NCBI GenBank assembly: GCA_905178155.1
Contig: CAJINV010000001.1
Coordinates: 3,525,675-3,589,674, forward strand
DNA from: Amoebophrya sp. A120
Lineage: Eukaryota; Protista; Dinoflagellata
Direction: 5' to 3'
DNA: 64,000 nucleotides
Under the pieces are notes generated by a model, which saw nothing but the letters and a program-made list of their open reading frames with translations, did no database searches and had not been told where the DNA came from. Positions 47,929-59,764 of this stretch are shown here, piece after piece (within the stretch, counting starts at the first letter, position 1; the number at the start of each line of letters is the position of its first letter). Made by a program: the position numbers and the translations under genes.

Positions 47929-48423
47929 GGGATATACTGAGATTAACTTTAACATCGCCAAAAGCATTTCGCGATTTTTCGTTCCATCTACAAATAAAAG
48001 TTTCGTTTCGGACGGATCCTATTATGTTTCCAATGGCGTTGTACAGCATCGAGTTACAGGGTTGCGGACCTACAGGGCATTTTCTCTGCCTTCCAGCGTG
48101 CGTTTGAGTTAGCACGTATCATGGACATTGTTCCCCACTGATTATAGTTCTTGAGTATACGAGTGCAAGATGTTCTTGAGGGACACCAAAACATGTCAGT
48201 GCGGATTTTTAGCTGAGAATGAGTTTTGTGAGAGTTGTCGTTCAAATCTATCTCGTCGGAAAGTAGAGAGAACGACACAAACGGAAAAATAAGCGGGCTT
48301 ACCTCATCAACGTGTCACGTTTCCTTTGTCTATACTAGACTTGCACTCTCAAGCTACTAGAACTTTAACCACTGGCTCCTTACTGCAAGAAGCAAACCAA
48401 AAGTTCAGATCGTGCCTGCAAAA

Positions 48424-49725
48424 ATGTCTTTCTTCAATTGCCGGATTTGCACCGGTTCGCTTTGGGGAGAGCCGATCAAGCAGCCAGAGCCGAAACCGCG
48501 AGCGGATTTGAACAAGGCAGCAAAAAAGCCCGGAAAAGCAAGTATAGGTCGCATGGTGTGACAAAGATTTAGTTTGTTTTTGATGTAGAGTTGGGCATCG
48601 TTTGCACGCAGGCATGAATTGGATCGCCGGTTATGGAGTGTTGCACACAAATGTTCCACATCATTCTTACAGAATTCACAAAACGGGATGCGAACGAGAT
48701 ACAGGCAGATTTGGCGAAATGGATCGACTTCTTGCATCCGCGCGCGCTCTATCAAATGCAAAAATGTCTGGGTCTGGAAGAATGCAAGATTTGTCATGCA
48801 TATTTCTCATGACCCATGATGCCTGTAATGCATGACCTAGCATCGCAGACTTGTAGAGGGCTTCCTGATGCACCTTCCGCATGAGAAATGCCCTGCCCGT
48901 GTAGCACAAACTGCACCCCTCTTGCTGGTCATGTAATACAAATTTTTTTAGATTCCAAAAACAGCATGACAAGTTGCAATCTTCCAGACCCAGACATTTT
49001 TGCATTTGATACGCTCGACTTTTTCCCAGACCAGGAGGCTGTGAAGAAGGTAGGACTGCTGTATAGCAAGTTCGCATGAAGATGAAGCCGTGATAAAAAA
49101 AAAAAATGAATATGATAGACTCTTTATCAAGAATAAATCTTGGTCTTCAAGAAATTGCTGCAACAACTTTCAGGTTTTATCCGAAATCCTGAAGAACATC
49201 GACAAGAAGGATGATCCGATTTTGGGGAGCGACGAAAAATGCGTGATGTGGCACGGCGACTCGACGAAGGTTAACAACGACGGCGAGGAAAGCCAAGCAG
49301 TTGTGCGGATAGTCAAACCCGGTATCATTTTTTTGCGACGAGAGAGAATGAAATTGAATCAATGCAACTTTCATGCGATAGAGGCTTACTGGTTGTGGTT
49401 TGCATGCTGCGTAGCGCACACACTTTCGTCCTTATTTGATTTCCTAGAGCACCAGACCGGCAAGCAAGGTTGTATCAAAAATTCGACAGGTGACACGCTC
49501 GAGAGTGTGACTTTCGTGAACCGCGTGCTGCCCTTCATCTTCGCGGACGACGAGTCGTTTGAGGAGCTGATGCAATTGCCCAAGGAGCCCTTTGCCATGT
49601 GCTGCGGCAACCAGCTCTGCGTGAACATGTCCCACATCTCGTTCCAGAAGCGCCGCAACTCCAAGGTGGCCGAAGAAGCCGGAGAGCAGGGCGAGGGAAC
49701 ATCGTTCACCGCACAGGCGAAGTAG
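48424..49725 (+). CDS. Small protein with His-Me finger / homing-endonuclease Zn-loop-like C-terminus; about 6 exons, 5' structure uncertain
   Basis: DDPILG…CVMWHG…VNRVLPFIF…CCGNQLCVNMSHI. GT-AG introns at 48542-48611, 48630-48704/48708, 49050-49173 and 49322-49489, plus introner E4. Confidence 0.65.
48750..49011. mobile_element. Introner E4: TIR element within a coding gene
   Basis: Near-perfect TIR of about 50 bp (first 31 bp exact: tatcaaatgcaaaaatgtctgggtctggaag). Direct repeat CGCTC at 48745-48749 and 49012-49016. Confidence 0.9.
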
Positions 49726-50562
49726 CTCGGCGAGGTAGTGCAGTTGTAAACCCGGAATTAGTTTTTTGTCATTGCCAGCCAAATAAGTTTTTCTTTTTTC
49801 TGAACTATCTGATTTTTTTGTTTCGCTTTTCTGAGTCTGCCTTTATACGATGGATTCTTTCCGGCTTCGACCGATCCAGGTTGATACACTAAATGAGTTA
49901 AGAATTACAGTGCCTCCAGTTTCCTAGAACTTAAAATTATTTTCTCGATGAAGTCGGCCACTTACTGTGTGTCAGTAGTCGCTTGACAGCTGTGCCTTCT
50001 TTTGCAGAGCCGCAACAGGCTTCCTTTTGTATTTGATTCTTGTGACAGCGGAGGCGGACATCAAGTTAGACTTAGAGCATCGCTATTTCAATATTTTGTA
50101 CTTTTGCGACGTCTATACCTTTTTGCAAAGTATTAGATATGACATCTGACGAGCAGAGCGAAATCGTTTCTGGCGCGCGATTCTCTTGCGAATAGTTTTC
50201 AGAGCTGCTTTCTTGTAGGGAATTGATACTAAATCGCTCGATTTATTTCCAGGGTTGAAATAAAAAACACTGAGCCGGAACTTAAGAACTTCTTCGGGCA
50301 CATAATAGTCCGATATTTTGAGAGCTTCTTTTGAAACCAAAAAACATCAATGTCACTGATCTCCGCGGGAATTGCCGGCCTTTGTGTTGTTCGTCTGTAG
50401 TTTGTTATAGGTCGCAAAGAACCACGACTGTGGTCTCAGGCGTAAGGACAGCAGGTTTCATCAAGACGAGAGCGAAAGACAACTCAAGGCGGTGGTATAC
50501 TGTGCAGATGATATGCAGTTAGTGCTAGAGATGGTACCTCTACCGTGCAACAAGGACGTGAT

Positions 50563-52134
50563 ATGGCATTCAAGACACCCGGCGTTCTAGCTGCATCTTC
50601 GTCGCTGTTCATCAATGCCTATCTCGACCGACAGCGACCCCGCGATGGTGTCTGGAGCTTCTCGAACGGCCCAGAGCGACGGCGCATCAAGAGCCGTGCT
50701 TTGGTTGTGTGCGAACAGCGGCAGAAACAGATGGACTCGTCCTGGCGCAAGCAGGATTCCGGACTCGAGCCGAAGCCGCGCGTCCTGTTCCTCGTACGTG
50801 CGGTTTGTCCAACCCACGCACAATTGCGACGCATGCTTCAATGGCGCCAAGATTGCAAGACATGTACTGCACTAGATGTTGACTTTGTGTGCAGCGTTGA
50901 TGTCACGCACAACCGGTTGTTTCGTGCGGCGCGAGCGGAGCGCTTGCGCGAGGATCCGATACAAGCAGAGTACTACAGACCAAAGCAAGCCGCGGCAGGC
51001 GGGTCAGGAAGTGAAAAACCAGCAGAAACTGCAAGTGATGTGAAAAAGCAGAATGGCGAGGAGAAGCCTCCTGTCGTGCTTCCTCCTCAGCATCAACTGC
51101 AGGGATTTCCCCATCAAGAAATCGCAAAAACCACAAAAGATCAAGAGGAAAAAAGTGGTCAAGACTCCGAAGACGAAGATCGAGATTTCACTACCGACAT
51201 TCTTCCGAGCCACGCGCAGCTGCGGTGTGTGTTAGGGAAAGATTTGCACGAGTACAACTGTATCGACATCGAATTTGGGACCTCGTACGGCCACGGCTGG
51301 ACTGAGATGCGCCGGCACATTCACGGGTTTCAGGGCACGGTTCCAGGACGCCGAGGCTGCTGTTCCTGGGCCTGGGGCATGCACAACGAGTGCGTCCTAG
51401 ACGCGATTAGGTGGCGGGTGGGGGAGAAGGGCCGTGCGGGGAAGCTGGGTGGGGCGGTTCTGCCTGTTGCGCACCTCAGGGATTTAGCATCACCACGGAC
51501 CTCCAACACGCAAGCTAAGTCTACCGCTAATCCTGGTACACGACCAGTGGAAGGTCTTTCGTTCCAAGAAGCAGCTACCAAACGCAGCACCACCGATCTG
51601 TCCGAAGCAGTACTCACGTATTACGACCAGATTTGGCTCTTCGAGGAGGACGTTGGCTGGTCGGGCGAAAACGTCGTGCGGGACTTGATTGAAAAGTACT
51701 ACGAAGACCCATCGGATTTGCTCACCGCGTGGTACGAATACTACGAAGAGCAGACGCCGCCAAAGTGGTGCTGGCGCACCTCCCGGACCGCCGCGTTCAC
51801 GCGCCGCACGGACGGTCTCCACCGCGGCCGGGCCTCGTCCTGCGAGCACGTGCAGCGCTTCAGCAAACGCTTTCTGCAGGAACTGGCGGAGTGGGCGGCC
51901 GCCGGGGCCGTCGCGTGGAGCGAGATGAGTACGCCCACGGTGTGTCTGGCGGGCATGGAAAGGAAAGAGAAACCGCTGCTGTGTGGTCTCTTCGGGCACG
52001 ACACCGTTGGAGAGGTTTTCAGCTGGGACGGGCGGTTGTCCGAAGCCGCCTGGAAAAACGTGGTCGAACGCGACGCGAAAAAGGGCTCCGGGTATGATGG
52101 CAAGGGGAAAATGTACCACGCGCTGAAGTGGTGA
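50563..52134 (+). CDS. DUF3405-like / glycosyltransferase-like hypothetical protein
   Basis: YDQIWLFEEDVGWSG, VQRFSKRFL, SEMSTPTVC and terminal MYHALKW. Confidence 0.55.
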   Translation: MAFKTPGVLAASSSLFINAYLDRQRPRDGVWSFSNGPERRRIKSRALVVCEQRQKQMDSSWRKQDSGLEPKPRVLFLVRAVCPTHAQLRRMLQWRQDCKTCTALDVDFVCSVDVTHNRLFRAARAERLREDPIQAEYYRPKQAAAGGSGSEKPAETASDVKKQNGEEKPPVVLPPQHQLQGFPHQEIAKTTKDQEEKSGQDSEDEDRDFTTDILPSHAQLRCVLGKDLHEYNCIDIEFGTSYGHGWTEMRRHIHGFQGTVPGRRGCCSWAWGMHNECVLDAIRWRVGEKGRAGKLGGAVLPVAHLRDLASPRTSNTQAKSTANPGTRPVEGLSFQEAATKRSTTDLSEAVLTYYDQIWLFEEDVGWSGENVVRDLIEKYYEDPSDLLTAWYEYYEEQTPPKWCWRTSRTAAFTRRTDGLHRGRASSCEHVQRFSKRFLQELAEWAAAGAVAWSEMSTPTVCLAGMERKEKPLLCGLFGHDTVGEVFSWDGRLSEAAWKNVVERDAKKGSGYDGKGKMYHALKW

Positions 52135-52418
52135 AAAAAACGACAACGTGCTAATGCGAAAGTGAAATATGCGCGCATAAAAAGTTGACAACCGGGATGC
52201 GATATTTATCACGGTTGTAAAAGAGCAACTCTGAGTAGTTTTCGCCTGAGGGGCAGTTACTAACTTCCTTGTCGGTCTTCACCAAACTGGACGAACCTTT
52301 GTTGCCACAAAATGGCGGTTTGTGTTGATTTGTTGTTGGAAGCGAAGTAGTTGGTCGAGACGCAGCTCGTTTATTAAATGCTGAGCGCGGATTTTCGTGT
52401 ACGACTAAAAGAAAAAGA

Positions 52419-54713
52419 ATGTCTAAGTCATCTTCTGTCTCCTCCCACAAGATGCAGGGGTTCCAGCCAAACGAGCGCGCAGCGGCTTCGCCGACGCCGC
52501 GAACGCAGTCGAACAGCGGCAACGACGGTCGACAGCTCAATGCGGGGGATTCGTCAGTGGCGGACCCGTCAGGTAAAACCGGATCCGTGTTTCTTTTGCC
52601 GAATGCACAGAGAACGCACTCCTCGCGTGGGGCATTGCACCGGCTAAATGAGAAAGGCATGACTAAATGCGCATGATCAACAAATACTACCAGGGTGTTC
52701 CAGTGGCAGTGAGCAAAGCGGGACATTGGAGTGCCCGGAAGAAAAACAGCATATGCGGTCGTTTTTGGCGCGCGCTTTACCACCGCAAACAAGTCGTGTA
52801 GACGTTGGCACGCTCGCAGCCCCCTCCGGTAAATTGATTCGGTGAGAAGCCCCGTTTTTGTTTGGGGACAGATGCTCATGTATGGATGTCGGTCCTCGTC
52901 AGGGGAATGTTTATTTCCCTTTTGGACGACCACGCACCACCCAAAACAGGTATCGTCGCTAGCACAGAGGACATTGACGCAACGCTTGCGAAAACAGTTA
53001 AAGCAGCCAAAAGCGCGGCCCAAACGGTAAAGGCGTTCGCGAGCAAGAAAGTAGAGCCCGAAAAAATTCACTGGGACGAACTGTCTGGCGAAATTGATCT
53101 CTCTGTCATTCCTTCCGCGAAAGACGGGACATTACCAGTGCAACTGCTAAAAATCGATCGCGCCACGAGTTCTGCCTCGTCCTCTTCAAATTCGAGTGCG
53201 ATCACGAGGCAGGTCGCTGCCGGCGGCCTGTCCCTCCCTTCCGTCGGAGACGACTTGATGCTGAGTGAGCGAGACAGCACTCGTAGAAGCTCGGCTCCTT
53301 CAGCTGACGCCGAGAAAGCAAACACGACGAGAGGCTCCCGGCAAACAAGCAGCAGTGCGGCTCGCGTTGTTTCATCAAACGGGGATGCTATGTACTCCGT
53401 ACACAGTTTCGCTTCCTTTGCCTCGGAGCAGCCAGGGCCGACGCTCAAGGAACAAACCGCGAGAATGAGGTTGCGACACGCGACCGCGTCAGCGGTGCGG
53501 AGCGCGGAGGAGGAATTAGGCAAAATCGGTCGACCAAGTACGAGCAAAACCGCAACAGACATTCCGCCGGGCAGCAGCAGAAACGATGAGCCAGCGAGTA
53601 GCAGTACAAAAGAATTATCATCCGACTGTTTCGTTGAGTACGGCGGGACGACAAGAAGTGCAGCTTCCCCGAGCCGCGATGCACTGCTGTGCCGCACCTC
53701 ATCTTACGACCTGGGCCTCAACAACAGTTACGAGAACAATTTTAGCACGGCCGGCTCGCTGTCACCGTTTCGGCGGGGCTTGTTATTCGAGACGCAGACC
53801 CCCACGCCCGACAGAGAAATCCAGGACGCCCAAGGACGGCTCGGCGGCGTGGCGTGCGGTTTGCGGGCCACCGCGCGGGCGTTGAGTTGGGACAGCATGT
53901 CGGACCACACCTACGTTTCGAGCTCCACGGACGTGTCCCCAGTTTTAACGGAAAATTCGCCAAACAAGCGGTCGACAATCCACACGCAGAACCCCCTGGA
54001 CGAAGCCCGACCCGTTCCCCTCAACCGAAACATGCGCCGAATTCACGCCGCGAACACGATCTCCGGCGACGTAGTGGCAGTCGCGCGGGGCAAGCACGAC
54101 GGCCGTTGTAGTTTGCCGAACGGGACGGCGGCGGCGATCCCGTTGCGGGCCTTGCTTTCGCCGCGCCACCGTGCGCAGTTTGGGCCAGATGACTTCACGG
54201 AAACAACAGGAGAGCTGTTGGGCGACCAGAAAAGTATCTTAGCTGTTTGCGATCGGAGTGTTAAAGAGGAAATGTGTTTCTAGTTCGTTTGCCGAAACAG
54301 GCCGAGATGAAGATGCCCCCGTCTCGTGTCGAATTTCGATTTCAACTATGTTTAGGAAGAAGTTTCAGTTTCGGTTTGAAATCTTTTACCGTGTTCGCAT
54401 GCGCAAGAAAAAAAAAACGCAAAAAAAAAAAAAAACAGAAGCAGCGGAGGGCGTCGCACTTCTGCGACAACTGAAGAGCGGCCTCGGCAGCGGCACGGTG
54501 GGGCGGTGGGAGCCGCAACCTGTGGCGCCGATTGACGAACAAAGACAAATGCGATTTCGGCGCCACGTGAAAGACGACGGCTCTAGGGATCGTGTGCGTT
54601 CCCCGAGCAGAGACTCAAAATCAGGATCGGTTTCCATCTCTCTGTCATCCTGCTCAGGAAACTCCTCATCTGCAAAAGGTGAAAAGCAAGGACCGAAAAA
54701 TGTTTCAGTGTAG
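52419..54713 (+). CDS. Ser-rich hypothetical protein; introns 52573-52871 and 54234-54438
   Basis: Phase-compatible GT-AG junctions join ORFs 52419, 52862 and 54258. Confidence 0.5.
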
Positions 54714-55404
54714 TTTTTCTTGTGTTTCAGCCTGTATTCATAGAGATAGTTTCAGCCGCAGGACTGCCTGGACAAGCAGAAGAACTTGAGTGACGAGCTA
54801 GTGAAGAAGAGTGAATGCATGATTATCTGTTTCCATTTCAATCTGTGCTGTCACGCATGCAGTTATGACTCAAAAAAAGAATAGTGGTTTCACAGAACTC
54901 GACGAATGCAGCCTTCTCCACCTGTGTTGTACGAAAAACTTGTACTTGAAGTCAAAGCGAATAAAAGGAGTGTATAGATAGTTTCAGTCAGTTGACTGAC
55001 TACAATGTGTAAGATCTCGCAGAGAGTTTTCTTTACCATCGGAGGAACCCCAACATTGTCCAGTAAGGACGAGCGCAGGAATCCATTATTGTTTCTACCA
55101 GGCCGCTTGTCATCAAGATCAAGCGATAGCGACTTGAATCGCTTTCTCGGTCTCCTCTAGTTTGCCGCGACAAATTGACCATGACACTAGCATCGGGATC
55201 GGTTTCGTGGATGACGTGCCACTAGTAAGATCTTCGCAGGCTCTGGCTCAGTAGAAACTATCGTCGGGGATCCGTAAGAGCATCCGGCATGGTCAATCCA
55301 GGGCTTGGTTCTCTAGAAGTCGGGTGAGCATGTATGGCCGATCTTCTGTGCAGCAGGCTTGCGCTTAGATACAGCTTGCCAGATCGAGCTATAAACATTT
55401 CTTC

Positions 55405-57795
55405 TCCACCGCAAGACAGTACGCGCGCGCTTCTGTTTCGACATACTTACAGACGAGTACGTCGATGACGCGGGCGCCGAAGCAGCAGGCCAACCAGAAC
55501 CGGGGGCGGAGCGCCGCTTCCCCCCGCTGCCCTACCGCCAGGTCACCCAAGGGCGCCTCCTTGGCATCCATTTTGACGAGGACGGGTGCTTCGCAGACCA
55601 CTGCGACAAACTGGTGGACAAGAGCACAAAGCGCCTCGCACTCATAAAAAGGAGGTACCGGCACAAAGCCGACACCGTGACACTGCGCGCACTATACCTC
55701 GGGCTTGTGGGTTCCCTCGTTCGGTTCACGCTCTCGGTGTTGGGGCCCTACCTCCCCGAGCAGGCGATGAAGCGGCTTGACACGCGCATCCTACATAAGG
55801 GCGCGCGACTCATCACGGGGGCCCTACAACACACCCGGATAGAGGTCCTCCTCGCTTCCGCGTGCCTGTTCAACGCGCACACCCTGGCAACCATCGAGGT
55901 CGCGCTCTGGTTCGATAGGTTCGCGCGCGAAGGCCAAGCCCTCCCGGCCACCACGGCATTACAAAGTGGCATCGCAGCAGAAGCAGGCGCGCCTGGGGCG
56001 CGTGGGTCCGCGCCGTGGCGGTGCAACACCCTGCCATCCCGCACAGACGTTGTCGAGGCGCTCAGCCGCTTCCCCAGCCTGCCACAAACACTAGGTGGCA
56101 ACTTCGTCCTGCGGTATGTGATCCACACCGGCACCCGTGCAACCCGGGTGGAAGGGCGCCCCCTGTGGGAATACAACGCTATCGACTTACGCGAAACCAA
56201 GCGCGCCACCTGGGCCGGGAGACGCGCGGGTGACCAAGCCCACCGGGTTTTGGAGGCCATCGGCGTGAGCAACACCCACCGAGAATCCTACAGCCCGCGA
56301 CCTCGCCTCTCCCGCGAGATCAGGTGGGAAATCAACCCGGGCGAGAGCTACCCGACAAGGGATGCAAACACAGCGCCTGCGAACGAGCGATGGGCGGCGC
56401 CGTTCGATGAGGACGCGACCCAACCGGACGCGGCCTGGCAGAACGACCGCTTCCGCCAAGAGCTTGAGCAGGGGGCGGCTGTGTCCTTCTGTGATGGCTC
56501 CCTCGTGGGGGCGGTCATAGATGGGGACCGCCGCAGGCACGGCCGCATCCTCGGGGGCTCGGTTCTATTCGCGCAAAACGCTCTACAGGCTGTGGAAATA
56601 CATCTGTATGGCATCGGGCCATCCGCGTATCCCGGGGAAACAGGGGGAGCCCAGGTAGGGGCACAGCAGTTGGCGGGCGTCCACGCCACCCGTGCGAGGC
56701 TGGTGGGTGACTGCAGGGGGTGGATGACCGCGGCGGCGAGTGGAAACCGGCTCGAACCCCAACTGTGCACGGTCCTCACCGCCCTGGACCGCATCCCCGC
56801 AGCCGAAGCACTCGTCACCCACGTATACGCCCATACGGGCGTCGCGGGCAACGAATTCATAGATACGTTGTTGGGACTCGTGGCCCCGGCCGCCCGGCGA
56901 GTGGACATGCGGGAACTCCCGTCCCTCCCCGTCCCCCACGCAGCGGTGAAGCAGCTCCTCCTGCGGGAAATAGAAGCACAAGAAGAGGTAGGGATCCTGT
57001 CCCTGGGGCTAACCAGAAGCATCAGTGGGCGAGACTGGGCGGCCAGACAATGGTCGCGCGACTTCGTCTGGGGCGTCACCAAATATCTCCGTGGCGCGCG
57101 GCTGGTTCAACGCCTCTGGCTGTCCACGGTCAGTGGAAGTCAGAGTAGATCCTTCGGCAACGAGTTGCACTGCGACTACTGCGGGACCCCGTTGACACCG
57201 GGCCACATACTCGAAGAATGCGAGGCGCTGGAAAGCTGGAGACAGTACGTCCGGGACACCGGCCCTACACATCAACCAACAGGAATCGGCGACCGGATCA
57301 CGCAGATGGGGAGACTGTGCGCAGCGGTGCTCCCCCTCACATCAGAGCGCGCATGGCCCCACGGCTGGCAAGAGCGCCCTGACTACAGATCCATGACCGA
57401 ACTGGGCACCCACAATGCCCACGAATAAACGGCCCGCTAGGGCGTGCAACGCCGCGTCCGCGGCGCGAGCGCTTATGTTCCGTACAATGAAACCAACCTA
57501 CACTAACGGCGCGCGAGGGGGCTCAGTGGTGTTCCGCACACACGTGGTTGGCACTGAGTCTGAGCCGTGAGACCGTGGGAAGGTAAACGGGACACCGGGG
57601 CACACCCCCGCCCCACCGGAGAGATCTTGTGAGAGACTGAGAGTGTGGAACCGCACTACAGCGGCGACAAATCCAAAGATCCCGCGAGATCCCACATCAC
57701 AGCACCACCGCAAGATCTTGCAACCTTCCGCTCTCGTACATTCGTTGTGGTCACCTCGGGCACAAACCCCAGTAGGGCTTCGATAATAATAATAA
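55405..57795 (+). mobile_element. 5'-truncated non-LTR retrotransposon (LINE with RNase H; I/Ingi-like architecture)
   Basis: 15-bp TSD TATAAACATTTCTTC at 55390-55404 and 57796-57810. (TAA)n 3' tail. Frame open from the 5' junction to 57428. Confidence 0.92.
55407..57428 (+). pseudogene. Truncated LINE ORF2: RT thumb, RNase H and C-terminal CCHC finger
   Basis: RLLGIHFD…FADHC (RT C-terminus). FCDGS, GE, GDC and HVYAHTGVAGNEFID (RNase H). CDYC…HILEEC. The endonuclease and RT core are absent. Confidence 0.85.
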
Positions 57796-57921
57796 TATAA
57801 ACATTTCTTCACCCAGACCCAAATAAGTATCTGTAAACGCTGTTCTTTCATTCCGTATTCCACTCTATGGCAATTTTTGAAAATAATTCGCCGCGCGCAC
57901 GACAACTGTAAAGCAGAAAAT

Positions 57922-58896
57922 ATGGGCAACGGTTCTTCTAGCAGCACTGCAGCACCAGTAGCTCCGGCACGCCAGGGCGGAAGTGCGAGCGATCCAGGTT
58001 TCAAGTTTTTGATTTGTGGGATTGAGAATGCACTGGCAGTGGCGACGCGCGACGTGATCGGGGATCTTGGAAACAATCACTCTAATGATGAACATGAATT
58101 TTTTTCGACGCGGCAGTTTTCCCATAGTCTCATGGGCATTTTAGAGGGAATCTTTTCCTGGCCTCCAGCAGATGAACATCAAGCAGCGTTGTCCACCGGC
58201 GCTGAGGCTAAACCTCGGCTGACTCTGCATTTTTTTTCCGTGTGTGGTGGGGCGAAAATCTACCCGCTGTGGCAGCACTGTCACATGGACGAGCCGGCCG
58301 ACGGGCTTCTGTACATCTACCCGGGCGGCCACGCAGGGACGCGGTGCTCAAAGTACAGCTGGTTTACGAAACCGGAAAAGAGGGAACAAGAGCCGCTCAT
58401 GACACACCCCGTGAAGTACCTGCGCTACCATCTCGGCGAACAGGTGCGCGATGGCGGGAATCCCGACTCGCAGGTAGTAAGCCTCCTACGTGAGGACGTC
58501 AAGGGGAGGACGTCTGCCGAGACGACAGAGGAGCAAAAGGACTACAACGACAGGATACGAACGATGCCGGTTTTGCTTTACGTCGAGCTCAGCAGGGCCG
58601 TATTAGTGGAAATGGCCCTTCGAGAACATGAGGAGGAACAACCAAGCCGTGATGCAGCAGCGAAAGTGCAGCCCGAAGCAGATCAGCAAGAGGTGCTGCT
58701 AGATAAACTTGCCCAGGCTGAGGCGGCTCGCATCGCAACGGAAAATGGGCTTCAGGAGATTGTGGCATCTAGCGGGCGAGCGTGGGTTCTCATGCCACTG
58801 GTTTTAGAAGACCCCGGGCGCAATTACAAAGCGAGTGCGCAGATAAAGACTGGGATTGACTGGCTCGTGAAGACGGCTGAAACAAGAAGAAGATAG
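57922..58896 (+). CDS. Highly divergent Arf/Arl-like protein (probable pseudo-GTPase)
   Basis: MGN myristoylation-type start, FKFLICGIENA, FFSVCGGAKIYPLWQH…DGLLYIY, MPVLL, RAW…GIDWLVK. Confidence 0.65.
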   Translation: MGNGSSSSTAAPVAPARQGGSASDPGFKFLICGIENALAVATRDVIGDLGNNHSNDEHEFFSTRQFSHSLMGILEGIFSWPPADEHQAALSTGAEAKPRLTLHFFSVCGGAKIYPLWQHCHMDEPADGLLYIYPGGHAGTRCSKYSWFTKPEKREQEPLMTHPVKYLRYHLGEQVRDGGNPDSQVVSLLREDVKGRTSAETTEEQKDYNDRIRTMPVLLYVELSRAVLVEMALREHEEEQPSRDAAAKVQPEADQQEVLLDKLAQAEAARIATENGLQEIVASSGRAWVLMPLVLEDPGRNYKASAQIKTGIDWLVKTAETRRR

Positions 58897-59191
58897 TGAC
58901 GCAGTGGATGAACATGCAGGCGCGGTATCAGAAATCACTGGCATTACTTTACGAATTTTATCCGCTTCGGCGCTTTGGCTTTTGCTGTTCGTGCGCGCCA
59001 TCAAGCACACCCATCATGTGTTGGCCACTTAGAGCGTACGTGTTGATGTCACTTTTTTACTTTTCTACGCAATCACAGCCTCATCGGTAACCTAGTGTAT
59101 GCATACAACTGCATCGGTTTTATGTTTCACTTCACACTACCGAGCCAAAAAGAAAAGGTCGTAATGGAAAAGATTGGAAAGTCAGAATTCA

Positions 59192-59442
59192 TCGGTCTCG
59201 TGCATCAGCCAAAATCACGGTCTCGGTTTCGTGCAACAAAGACGTACTTACATTTTACCGTCTGCACATGCAGCGTGCTCGGTTCCGTGCACGGACTGTT
59301 TCCGGTCCTGAAAATGTCGGTTTCGTGCAGTGTAACGAACGTCCTCTTACCCTTTTCGTTCAACCTCGAAAAATCGCGTTCTCGGTGTAGACAATCGTAC
59401 AAAGATAGAAGTGGGAGCAAGGGATCTGCTTTCGGTTTCGCG
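59192..59442 (+). repeat. Cluster of TCGGTTTCGTGCA-like 13-mers
   Basis: Copies at 59192, 59223, 59279 and 59317, with a partial copy at 59432. Confidence 0.75.
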
Positions 59443-59764
59443 TCGTGTGTGACATTCGTAGCAGTTAAAACTGCTTGTTGGTGTAGGAAAGGACCGCTAT
59501 GGTGCCACACATTGGTTTGCTTGCCTTATGAATGCCCCAGGACCTCATTTTGATTTTTCTACTTCATCCATGACGATATTTCACATTTTTACACCAAGAA
59601 ATCTTTTTTTATCCCGTCGGGCTCGGGTGGGCCGCTAAGAACGACCAGATGCATAGAACCGGAAGAACGATCGTCTTAGCTTCATCACTAGTGTTACCCA
59701 CCCGCCCGCCTAATCCTTTCTCATACATTTTCCTCGAATTTTGTTTCTTCTTTTTGCATTGAAA

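Noticed and set aside
55405-57795. LINE as the mobiliser of the introners
   Set aside because: The introners have TIRs and fixed 5-6 bp TSDs without tails, which are DNA-transposon hallmarks. No transposase gene was found in the window.
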